A stretch of DNA of 64,000 nt, taken from assembly GCF_041956535.1 (NCBI RefSeq), contig NW_027192212.1, positions 140,970 to 204,969 of the forward strand, read 5' to 3'. How positions within the stretch are numbered: position 1 is the first letter of the stretch; each line of letters starts with the position of its first letter. The notes below the pieces were generated by a model. It was not told the DNA's origin and ran no database searches. It worked only from the letters and a program-made list of their open reading frames with translations. A program made the position numbers and the translations under genes. This DNA comes from Calcarisporiella thermophila CBS 279.70. Taxonomy: Eukaryota; Fungi; Calcarisporiellomycota. Below, one piece after another: positions 12,799 to 23,212 of the stretch.

Positions 12799-15700
12799 TG
12801 TCTTTGATTGCCCCAAGGAGAGCGATAAGGCCACGTAAATTCTTGACTGCTACATGATTTAAGTAATAATTTCAATCTCAAGTGACTACCTTTTTCTTTT
12901 TCCCAGTTATCATTGATTTTCAGAGTGTTTTTTGAAAGAAATATCTAAAATGAAAGTGGAATGGAGCCTCGTTTATCAGAATAATCTCTTTAATGACGCG
13001 AATATATGGTGATTATATACATTAATAAATTAGAATATTAAAGTGATAACGGGCCTGCAACAGCCAACCAAACGAAACATGGGATATATTCATTTTATTC
13101 ATGTGCCCTAAGAAGTCAAGCTATATCATTCGCGCACTCTACTGCCACCATTTGCTTCTTGTCATTGTATTTATATTATTATGCAGTTAGATTTTGGTAA
13201 GCATCAAACTTATTGTAACAATTGCCGAATTTGTTTCTCTTTGACTCTGCTTAATACACGACTGCATATATCTTCTGCTGCAATAGACAATAACAATTAA
13301 AAAGATAATAATACAATAAAGAAGCTACTCAGTGTATTCTATTTAGGTCAATTCTGGTTTTATAAACAGTTTCTAAAGCAATTTTTAGTGCACCCACGGA
13401 AATTCTTTCTATTGCAGTAGCATTGCTTCCTCCAATTAACATATCACATGAAGGGACCGACTTCAGGAGCATTGCACTGATGTGTTGTGCAGCTACCTAT
13501 GACATGTTTAGACTGCGTTAACGCCTGCGCCGAGACCAGTGAGAGTAGAGTCTTTCTTTACTAAATTTTGAGGAGCCACGAACGCAATAAAGAAGAGTAC
13601 CGCCAGGGCCAGGGAAATAAAGAAGAGTAATGAGTATGAAATATACCTAATGATCACTCGACCATTTTGTAAAATTACTTAGGAGATTAGAAGCATGAAA
13701 TATTCCACAAATTCAAAGTTTGATCTAAAATATCGTAGGGGATTTGATCTCTTAGATAAACCTTACTTTTAAACTAACTGTAGAATCTTTTTAATGCTAG
13801 AAAAAATTTCGGATCTGTATTTTGCGTCAATACGAGAATTTTCTGGATGGAGCCGATATCGTAGCTTAGAAAAAAAAATTGACAGATTTTGTAGGATTTG
13901 ACCGCGCTCGGATCAGCAAAATTCTAAGTTTCTTCGATGCTTTAGAGTATTTATATTGAATTGGATTGAGATTACGATTCAAACTCATAGCAGCGCCATT
14001 TAGAAGACAAATATTTTCATAATCATTACCGTCTTCTTTATTGATTGCGAACTAGTTTTTAATCTACGATTTAAATTTCTGAAAAAAAAAAACGCCGTAT
14101 TTTGTTAGAAAATCATAAAAGAAAGCGAAAAAAACTGCAAAGTAGTATCCTCAGTGTTTTTATCCATGTGTGTAAAAGAACCGGGAAATTATTAATATAC
14201 GAAAAAGCCAATTGGTTCCCATCGTTCTACTGCTAGAAAGATTGTGATCATTAAACAAACTGTAGCCTGGGGGCAGAGAGAAATTTATCGGAGACTGATT
14301 TTGCAAGTGCAGTGGGGCTGTACCAGGCATTGTTAGGAGCGTCTGAACCGCTAACGTGGACAACACATTTAGTATTGGCTGTGTTTTTTTCAGACTCGGG
14401 TAACTGAGGACTTGCTTGGAATTTGAGAGATCACTTGATGAATGTGACTGTAAATAACCACAACTTAAGGGTGCGCTACCTCACGTCTTGAGGCAGCTTG
14501 TACTTCTTCGAGTGACGGATATGCTGTAATGGTCCAGATGTTTGAATAGAGCTTTGAAGGATTTGGAGACCGTTGGATGACCAAAATTTGTCTGGGATAA
14601 GCGGAATGAGGATGGGAGGAGGTCAGGCAATATTCCCTCAGGGTTTTCAAGGTGGATAATCTGCTGTACAGGCCCATTGACTGTGGTGGGGGCCATATTC
14701 AAGGCAATTGAGGGGGACGAAACCTTTATGATACTCCAACTCTGTTCGTTTAGGGAGAGAATCAGTAGACTAATGATCTCACTTCCGGACTGAGTGATCA
14801 TTGTTCAGAAAAGGTTTGCCACTGGTGAAAGGGTACACAAACGCAATTTGACTATGGGCCAGACATCCAGTTTTCAAATCCGCGAACACAAACGCAACTT
14901 AAGAGTTTTGATATACATACAAGAAAACTGCTGTGAAGCAAAGATATTCTGGATTGAAATCCGAAAAGGAAACCAGTTAATGATTAGAAGCCAATAGAAA
15001 GGAGGGGGGTGCCATGGCCAAGTGAGCAACTGTGAGAATCAGCGACAGAGCGGATCGAGTACTGCGGGTCGTGTTTATTTCCATTTATTTTTAGTCGATG
15101 CTGAGCAATTGGAAAGGGCGGTAGGTAGGGCTGATTGATTTTGGCAGTCAATTAAGAATCAGTAGACCTGGAGATTTGGTTTGCTAAAAGGGAGAAACCT
15201 GTTGTTCACTTAATCACACTCGGTCAGTAGTCTTTGAATTCCTCGTATACTCGATCAATGGGTTCTATCAAATATATTTCATTTGGTGTGTATTAATAGC
15301 TATAATCAATTTTCTGCAACTCAACTAAATTTATTGTAATCACACCAAGCAATACCATTAGATGCCGAGTATACTTTCCGTCTTTATTTGAAATTAAACT
15401 GTCCTATCATGAGTGAGTCTTCGACATTTTCCTCTGTACATTGGGCAACATTTACGCCATTTCCCTTAGCACACGTGTTTGTGGGTTATTTAAGCTGGTA
15501 GCTGCTATCATCTCAAGAGATAAGCCAAGCGAAAAAATATAAGCAAATTGTACTCTTCCAAAAAATACTATTTGTAATTGAGTACCACTATGTTTATAGC
15601 GGTAAACTATAAAGTATATATATTACTTCATACAATATGGTATTGTGCACACAATGAATAATCAAAATGCTCAAATTTAGGAAATAGGGGCTCGTACAAG

Positions 15701-16454
15701 GTAATAACCAGAGTATCTCTGGTCACGTAGAGGATACTTCGTATCGACACTAGCTGGTCACTAAATGATGATTTTTATAATTTGTAAAGAGATAATCAAT
15801 ATTTTGCACATCCTGCGGTAGATAGTGGTAGTTAAGGCAACTGCACCACGGTTGGCCTAGCAATATTTCAAATGTAGTAGCGTTTATGAAGAGTTTCAAG
15901 TGCATTACCTGCATTCAATTTTTCTACTGATCTCGAAGAGTACTAATAACGGCCTTGTTAAATGTGTCAAAAGTTGATGCATGGCCAATGGCGAAGAAGC
16001 CACGTAACTGTACAATGGAGAATTAAAGAAATAAAGCTGTGGATTACCTGCATATCCGCACTAAGCGACGGGCTATCAATTATCGCAAAATGATCTTCTC
16101 CTTGTATTACACGGATGCTGCATTCCATCTTTCGAACGACGTGTCAAAACGGCATCGAGTTTATGGAATGCGGGAATTGTGATTTGTCGCCTTGTTGCGT
16201 CAAGAAAAGTTTTGCAACAGGTAACACGCTGGATTCGTGTTTGAATGATTCCGGCATTACGTAGCATGCGCATTCACAAGAGAGCTGTGTGGTTTCGTTG
16301 CAACACTTGGACTATGATCGTCGAGACTGATAATTTTTCAGAAGAATAATCCAGCAATCTTTAGGGGTTAGGAATATTTGGTGAGGGCACTGATTGGTTA
16401 ATTGACTAAAAGGGAATAGACTCTTCACATGTCATCGGTAAATCGGGATGAGCC

Positions 16455-16461
16455 TATAAAA
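16455..16461 (+). promoter_or_regulatory. TATA box upstream of the secreted G/Q/N-repeat gene
   Basis: TATAAAA about 185 bp before the ATG at 16642, followed by a pyrimidine-rich leader. Confidence 0.45.
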
Positions 16462-16641
16462 TAGCCGACTTCAAACTTGAAAAACAAAACATTATTGGCA
16501 TCACGCTGATTATTCTTTCACTTTTCTGAGTTATTTATTGTACGTTGATCAGTAACCATCTTTTCGTTTTGCTTTTACTCTCTTTCGTGCTATCTTTCTT
16601 TCTCTCACTTTTACCTTCATCCTTGTACTTCAATTGAAATC

Positions 16642-17736
16642 ATGAAGACTAGCTTGCTTCTTGTCGCTTTGGCAGCCTATTCAGGTGTGCTGGCCACACC
16701 TTTGGAAGAGTTTGGTTCGTCTCGAATGCCATTATCTGGAATTGATCTAGCGCCTCGCAGTGATTTAGCTCTTGACAGCAATGTAGCTGCTGAAGTGGCC
16801 AACACCCGTGCCCCTATTGGTAGAAATGGTGTGAACAATGCTGCCAATCCAAACAATAATAGCAGCAACAACATTAACCGGCAACCAGGCCGAAAGAATA
16901 ATAATTCCGGCGGCAACCGTAGCCAGATCAATATGGGAGCAATCCAGAATGAAATTCAGAGAATGCTCAACGATTTATCACGACAGGCTATCCAACAGAA
17001 TGGCCAAGGTCAGAATACCGGGGTAGTTAGAGGTATCGAAAACGTTCGCCGCCAGATTTCCCGAATGATGTCACAACTTTCAGGTCAGATTCAGCGATGT
17101 AATCAGGGTATTGGAGCTCAGAATAACAGGGGACAGAGGAACCGAGGAAAAGGCCAAGGTCGGGGCAGAGGTGGAGGTCAAGCTAATGGTCAAGGACGAG
17201 GGCATGGCAAAGCTCAAGGTCAGAATCGAGGTCAAGCCCAAGGTCAAGGCAACGGAAAAGCTCAAGCAGGAGCACAAGGACAGAATCAGGGTCAGGCTCA
17301 AGGAGGCAACCAGGGGCAAAACAACGCTCAAGGCCAAAATCGTGGAAAGGAACAAGCCCAAGGTCAGAACGGGGGTCAAGCCCAGGGTCAGGGCAACGGA
17401 AAGGCTCAAACCGAAGTACAAGGACAGAATCAGGGTCAGGCTCAAGGAGGCAACCAGGGGCAAATCAACGCTCAAGGCCAAAATCGTGGAAAGGAACAAG
17501 CCCAAGGTCAGAACGGGGGTCAAGTTAAAGGCCAGGGCAACGCAAAGGCTCAAGCCGAAGTACAAGGTCAGAATAGGGGTCAGTCTCAAGGACGTAACCA
17601 GGGGAAAACTAATGTTCAAGGCCAGGGTAAAAATAACAACGTGAAAGGAGGAAATGGGGGTCAAGAAATTCAAGGCATCGGGGTTAATAAGAATATCAGT
17701 AACTCCGTATCTATTCTGGACGAATTGACCCAATAA
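16642..17736 (+). CDS. Secreted Gly/Gln/Asn-rich repetitive protein (364 aa), intronless
   Basis: Signal peptide MKTSLLLVALAAYSGVLA, an N-rich segment, two short amphipathic helices, then GQNxGQAQ-type repeats. AATAAA near 17932. Confidence 0.85.
   Translation: MKTSLLLVALAAYSGVLATPLEEFGSSRMPLSGIDLAPRSDLALDSNVAAEVANTRAPIGRNGVNNAANPNNNSSNNINRQPGRKNNNSGGNRSQINMGAIQNEIQRMLNDLSRQAIQQNGQGQNTGVVRGIENVRRQISRMMSQLSGQIQRCNQGIGAQNNRGQRNRGKGQGRGRGGGQANGQGRGHGKAQGQNRGQAQGQGNGKAQAGAQGQNQGQAQGGNQGQNNAQGQNRGKEQAQGQNGGQAQGQGNGKAQTEVQGQNQGQAQGGNQGQINAQGQNRGKEQAQGQNGGQVKGQGNAKAQAEVQGQNRGQSQGRNQGKTNVQGQGKNNNVKGGNGGQEIQGIGVNKNISNSVSILDELTQ
17218..17625 (+). repeat. 144-bp (48-codon) coding tandem repeat, about 2.8 copies
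   Basis: cagaatcagggtcaggctcaaggaggcaaccaggggcaaa... occurs near-identically at 17281 and 17425 (offset 144). Confidence 0.9.
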
Positions 17737-18939
17737 GATGAACAGCGTTAACTTGTGTTATGACAACATTGTTATCGCATTTTTTTTCTTGCACATTATA
17801 TTTATTCAATCATTTCACATCACGCTCATATGTATTATCCATCCAGAGTAGGCCGTCTTCATTGTTAGTATTAAGCATAGAGTATTATAGCACATTTCAT
17901 TCATTCACGTTACTGTATCATTATACTATGCAATAAAAATTAAAAAAAAAAAGCGGAGATAAACTTGGAAGAATTTATATGATTTCAATGAGAAGCTTGA
18001 CAGAGAAGTGAAAAATATTTGGGCTTAGAAGGCCTGACAGACTTGGTGGAGGAGCTAATAAGCCAGTTTAAAGGCGACAATTGGCCTTTCTCTCTCCCTG
18101 CCGCCAGCCATGTTATTGTATTTCTACTCTTGCACTCTATATTTATTCTACAATTATATATATTTTATATTTCGTTCACTCGTACTTTATCTTGAGTAAA
18201 TCTTCGCTGTTAGTATAGAAATATGCTTTCTAGTTCTCTCCCATTCATACCTGTTAATTAGCATTATATTACATAATAGAATCTCAAGAAGGTTATAACA
18301 TAGGCTTATGTCATAGCTTTATTGCTTATACGAAACTAGTATGATTATTACAGGACGATCGTCAGAACTATTGAAGAACATAGAAGCTAGATCAATCATA
18401 TTTCTGGTAACAATAATGAGACTTTATTAAAGGGATATATTTAGTCAGAACACTCTTATTTTATATTGATTCGCCATGCTTCGATAATTATAGGTCGACC
18501 TTTTTATTTATATGTATTTCAAAAACATGGCATAGTTGATATTAAGGCTTCATCCAGGATCATATTGGAAATATAGCGTGGAATAGATCACTTTATCGGA
18601 CTCTTTACCATAAGTAGCATATTATGTGGCTGATTTTGTTCCTAAAGTAATGCTAATTAGCACTAGGAAGAAGAACTTCAAACAATTCCAGTAGTTTTAT
18701 CTTTCAATTGTAAAGATACTCTCTCTTCTCTATACCACTATTCGGGTGAAACCATAAGAAAGCTAGATAAACAAGGGAGATATACCATTAAGTGGGTTAG
18801 ATTGGTAGGGGGGGGGGTAAAGAAATAAATACATGCTTTACATAATATATATTAGGGAAATGGACAATGAATTTAAGTTGGATAATAAATTAAAAAGAAA
18901 TCCGCAAGGCATGAATAGGAAAAAACTTATCCACAGGCT

Positions 18940-19539
18940 TTATCGGAAAAATAATGGTGACAGGGTAAAGGGTTGTAGAAGCCAGAACGGAGACTCATGA
19001 TGCGCTGGGTCTGGCGGAGTAAGGGCAGATTGGGTAAGGGTATTCAGTCCATGCGGGTTAAATAATGGCGAGGTTTGGAGGATTCTCTCTGAAGGTGAAG
19101 GAGGATAAAAGGCTCGATCTGGAGTCTCACGATCGTCGGCCGACAATGAAACAGGCGAGAACAAACCATTGCACAGTGAGGCAGTCAGAGGTGGAGTTGA
19201 AGTCGTTGATGAAGAAGAGGTGAATATAGGTGCATAGTCAGAAGGTGATCTGTTTGCTTGCAGAGGAACTTGAGCCAGTGGTGAAAATTTGGGAAAAAAT
19301 TCGGGAAATTTCGTGCGAACAGAAGGCAAAGTATTATCGTATCGTGATTTCTCTGAAGTTGTTGAGGATGACAATTGAGCAAGAGCTGGAGAGAAGTTGG
19401 AGCCAACGGATGAAACAATGCAGGCAGAGCATTGACAACATTGCCATTGTTGCATCTGTAACTTGAGTTTCTGGCAAGGAGAGCATTGCATGAAGTAGTA
19501 GGAGCCTCTCGGTTCGCACGCATGAATTGAAGGCTCCAA
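18940..19539 (-). pseudogene. Possible frameshifted Zn(II)2Cys6 transcription-factor relic
   Basis: CSPCQKLKL in one frame, RCNNGN in an adjacent frame and CSAC back in the first frame rebuild a C-x2-C-x6-C-xn-C-x2-C spacing. A Ser/Pro-rich tail follows. There is no clear in-frame ATG context. Confidence 0.35.
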
Positions 19540-20604
19540 TGGCTTACTAGCTTAGAAATTAGAGAGAATTTAGAGATAGCGCGAAGAGTAGAAATAAGGG
19601 AACTCCTACATGCGTGGCCGCTTTGGTTCGGTTAGCTCATTGTTACAAATGCTGTTACGAAAAGTAGACATGGAAGGGCTGGGAAGCTCGTGGTATTTTC
19701 TTATATCCGAGAACATTAAATTAAAGACAGCCAGTATTGAAATTCAGAACTGGAGAATAGCGAAGTTGAGGAAAGAATCAGACCCTCCATAGAATATCGC
19801 AGGATCTAGGGTATATTAAATGGTCTTGTCTTATTACCAGTCGCGCAATAGCAGAACAAAAAAAAAATAATTCGCCAGGCCTGAAAAGAACTACCCTGCT
19901 AAAACTGGTAACCGGAATTCGGGGTTGCGGCGGTGGCTTTTTTTGAGTCTTTTGATATATTTCCCGTTTAATCAATAATTACAGGATACGAAAACACTCT
20001 AGGACCTTACGGCAAGCAATGTTGAAAAAGCTTAACTCTAGGGAGGCTTGCCAAAGCTTAATCGGGGTTGCCGCCCCGAACCAGCTCAATCTGTTTGAAA
20101 CGACTGGAATTTTCAGTGACAGAGCTCTCAGTGTATGAAGAAATGCTGGTTGGATTTTGCCAGGTAGTATCGTCTAAATCTATGCACAAATTACGCTTGG
20201 GAAAATCCGATAGTGAGATTGGCGTACCGTGCAGCATCTCTTCCTGAGTCCAGCATGTAATCAGGTTGGCTTGAGCGCGGCTTTCCAGCCACTTTCGCCC
20301 TCAAGAGATTACATGTTCAAACCAATAATAATATACTGTAGAGGGGAGAAAATTTGAATGACAAGCCACCATTAATTGGCTCTATTGGAACTCTTGCAAC
20401 ATTAAGATGTCGAAAGACCATTATACTTTTAAAATAGACCCTAATAAAAATAGAACCATACACTTCAAATCTATAGTAAATGAAAGGAAATAAAATTATG
20501 CGGATATGGCCTGAAATTTTAATAATAATTTATACAATTATTGTCCAGAAGAGGAGCAAATATCAAATATTAGGGACATACTTTTGAGTTATTATTTGTA
20601 TCCT

Positions 20605-22680
20605 TCAGAGGACATATCGAAACCGTACATCTCTATCATTTAAGACGGTTTTTGATTCCAAGTTCGACTCGGTGCCTTCAAGCTTCGTTGAACCCATTTC
20701 TAGCTCTGTATTTTCCTCGCCAATCTCTGCCGTGAATGAGGAGCCTCCGGGTGATGTTTCTGGTACAGGACAAACGATAGCTTCGCGGCGTCGATTCTCC
20801 CGGATAAAGTATAAACGAAGAATAAAAACAAGCAAAATCTTGATCAGAATACAAGCGAGACTAATGGAAAATGCGCGAACTAGATAAGCAAGGGATTAGA
20901 AAAGGAAATTGCGTTGCGCAAGAGGAGGCACTAGTACCATATCGAGGTTTGTCGTCATCACGAATAATTTGGGTTCCTATCCCACCTATATTGGAAAAGT
21001 TGAAGGCTATACAAACCGTTTCTTGATCAATCCGGATCTATTACTCACCAGCAGTATTGGTCAGAGAGATAATTAAAGCGGATACGATCCCTCGCTTCAT
21101 AGATGGCGCATAGTTCGACACCAGCCAGGCACTCATCAGTGGCGGTGCTGCCGTGCCCCTATTTTAATTATGCCATATAAGCCTATGCCAGCTTACAATC
21201 GAATCCTACTCTCAACCTAACTTACCCTGCTGAGACACAAAACATGGCTAGATATAAATGAAAGGAGTCCTGCAAGGCAAGCATAAGTGCAAATCCTACA
21301 GCGGCAAGAGACATTGCCCCCATAATCAACAGGCTTCGATCCTGGAAGCGATCAGAAAAATAGGCCGCCGTGAGGGCGGAAACGAAGGAACACGCACCCT
21401 GGGCCGCAACCAGAGCTTGTGATTGGAGCTGGCTGTATCCAAATGCTATAGATTCATCAGAAAAATGGGATTGAGGGGGGCATCAATAGGAAAGATGAGC
21501 GTATTTACCATTAATGATGGTCGGTAAAAATAGAGCTATTGCAATGCCAACCATGCCACCTGTCATAAAAATCACCGCGAAAAGATAGAATTTTGGATCT
21601 CGAAGCACTTCCAGGAAGAGTGGCTTTTTACTCGTGTTCTCTTCCGTTTCATGCACATCACGCAAGATTCTTGAGACGAGAACATAGCGCTCCTCCTCGG
21701 AAAGAAATTGGGCCGTTTCGGGGAAGTCAGGTAAAGCTAAAAAGATAGCAACCCCCAAACACACGGTTGGGATGCCTTCGAGGATGAAGAGCCATTGCCA
21801 CGGTTTAAGCATCTCGCCTGGGATAAGCATCGTCCCAAACGCTATTGCATCGACAGTAGTAGTATATTGGGATCAAGGAGCAAAGGGGGTGAGAATGTGG
21901 AGGCTACTGCTTACCAATTAAGCCACCAGCGACTGTGGCAAGCTGTGAGCCAACAAAGAATATCGCCATGCGTAGTGCAAGATTGCGCTTTGAATACCAG
22001 AAACTCAAATCTAAATTCTTGAACTTGTCAGTAAGCTGCCAATTCCTTTAACAAATTGCAGGCTTACAATACAATATTCCTGGATAGAGTCCCGCCTCAG
22101 TAATTCCGAGAAATATCCTTGACGATAGCAAACTAGCAAAATTAGAGGAGGCGGCCATGAGGGTGGAGCATATCCCCCACAAAGTCATTATTAATGCCAG
22201 CCAACGAGAAGGACGGTAGCGCTTTAGGGCCAAATTCGAAGGAAGCTCGAATAAGACGTATCCAAAATAAAAAGCTGTAAGGCACCAAATGAACTGAGAT
22301 TCAGTCAATCCGAGATCGCCCTCAAGGTTGGCAAGCCGAGCCTAGTAATGACGAGTTAATATAGTGGCAGCCGAAAATCCAAGGTGGATGGCGGCCTACA
22401 TTTCCAATGTTTGAACGATCCATGATAGAGAAAAAATACATGAGCACCATAAACTAACATGGAATCATAGTGAGTACCAAGAAATCTTTAAAGCATCCTT
22501 CATTAACATGTATTTCTCTTCTCTTTTTTTTTATCACGAATTCACTAATCGAGTTTTGTTCTCGAAGCAACTCACCGGCATTATCCTAACATCCACTTTG
22601 CGAATAATTCGCTGCTCTTGCTTCAATATCTCCATATTCTCCACATTTTTATCAGAGCTCTGGGTTTCAATAGATTGCAT
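20605..22680 (-). CDS. MFS transporter, anion:cation symporter (DAL5/TNA1-like) family, about 9 exons
   Basis: Motifs IIRKVDVRIMP, DRSNIGNARLA, FELPSNLALKRYRPSRW, RIFLGITEAGLYPG, WQWLFILEGIPT, LPDFPETAQFLSEEER, RENRRR and a C-terminal FRYVL*. Confidence 0.93.
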
Positions 22681-23212
22681 TATAAGGTATGGAGTAAGGA
22701 ATAGGAGAGAGACCAGTTGTGTTGTTATGTACGCCTTGTTCTCAGTTTAAGTTTTAACAAGCTCGCAACCAAGCTGGAGACGACGATTTTAAAACTTTTT
22801 TTTGGATCTGTCTGTCCATTGCTCAACTTAGGTTTCATTAAGGCCAAATTTGGATCGCTCCCCTGAAATTAGAAATACAGGGTCCCATTTTTCGAGGATA
22901 TCGCTACCATATCCCTAATCTTAGAATGCGATAGCTTTGCCATTCCGATAGTGTTCCAAAGGTTAAATTAATATGGCTGTGTATTCAAACAGAAAAATAA
23001 TCGTATAACTTTTCTATAAACAAGCGAAATATAACTGATACAAAGATACATGTGGAAAAATAAGAGAAGGGAAAAAATAGTCTAAATATATATACCGAGC
23101 AGGAAAAAAATTGTATAATGAAAATCGAAGAAAACAGAAAAGAGAAAGGAAACAAGATAAAGAAGTTGACGCTAATAACTGACGCTATACAGGGTGAGGC
23201 AGTTGCTGAGGT

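Noticed and set aside
17218-17625. Ice-nucleation protein, suggested by the 8/48-residue periodicity
   Set aside because: It lacks the TxT/SLT ice-binding motifs and the AGYGST consensus.
17080-17733. Long antisense and alternative-frame ORFs over the G/Q/N gene
   Set aside because: They are by-products of the stop-poor coding repeat.
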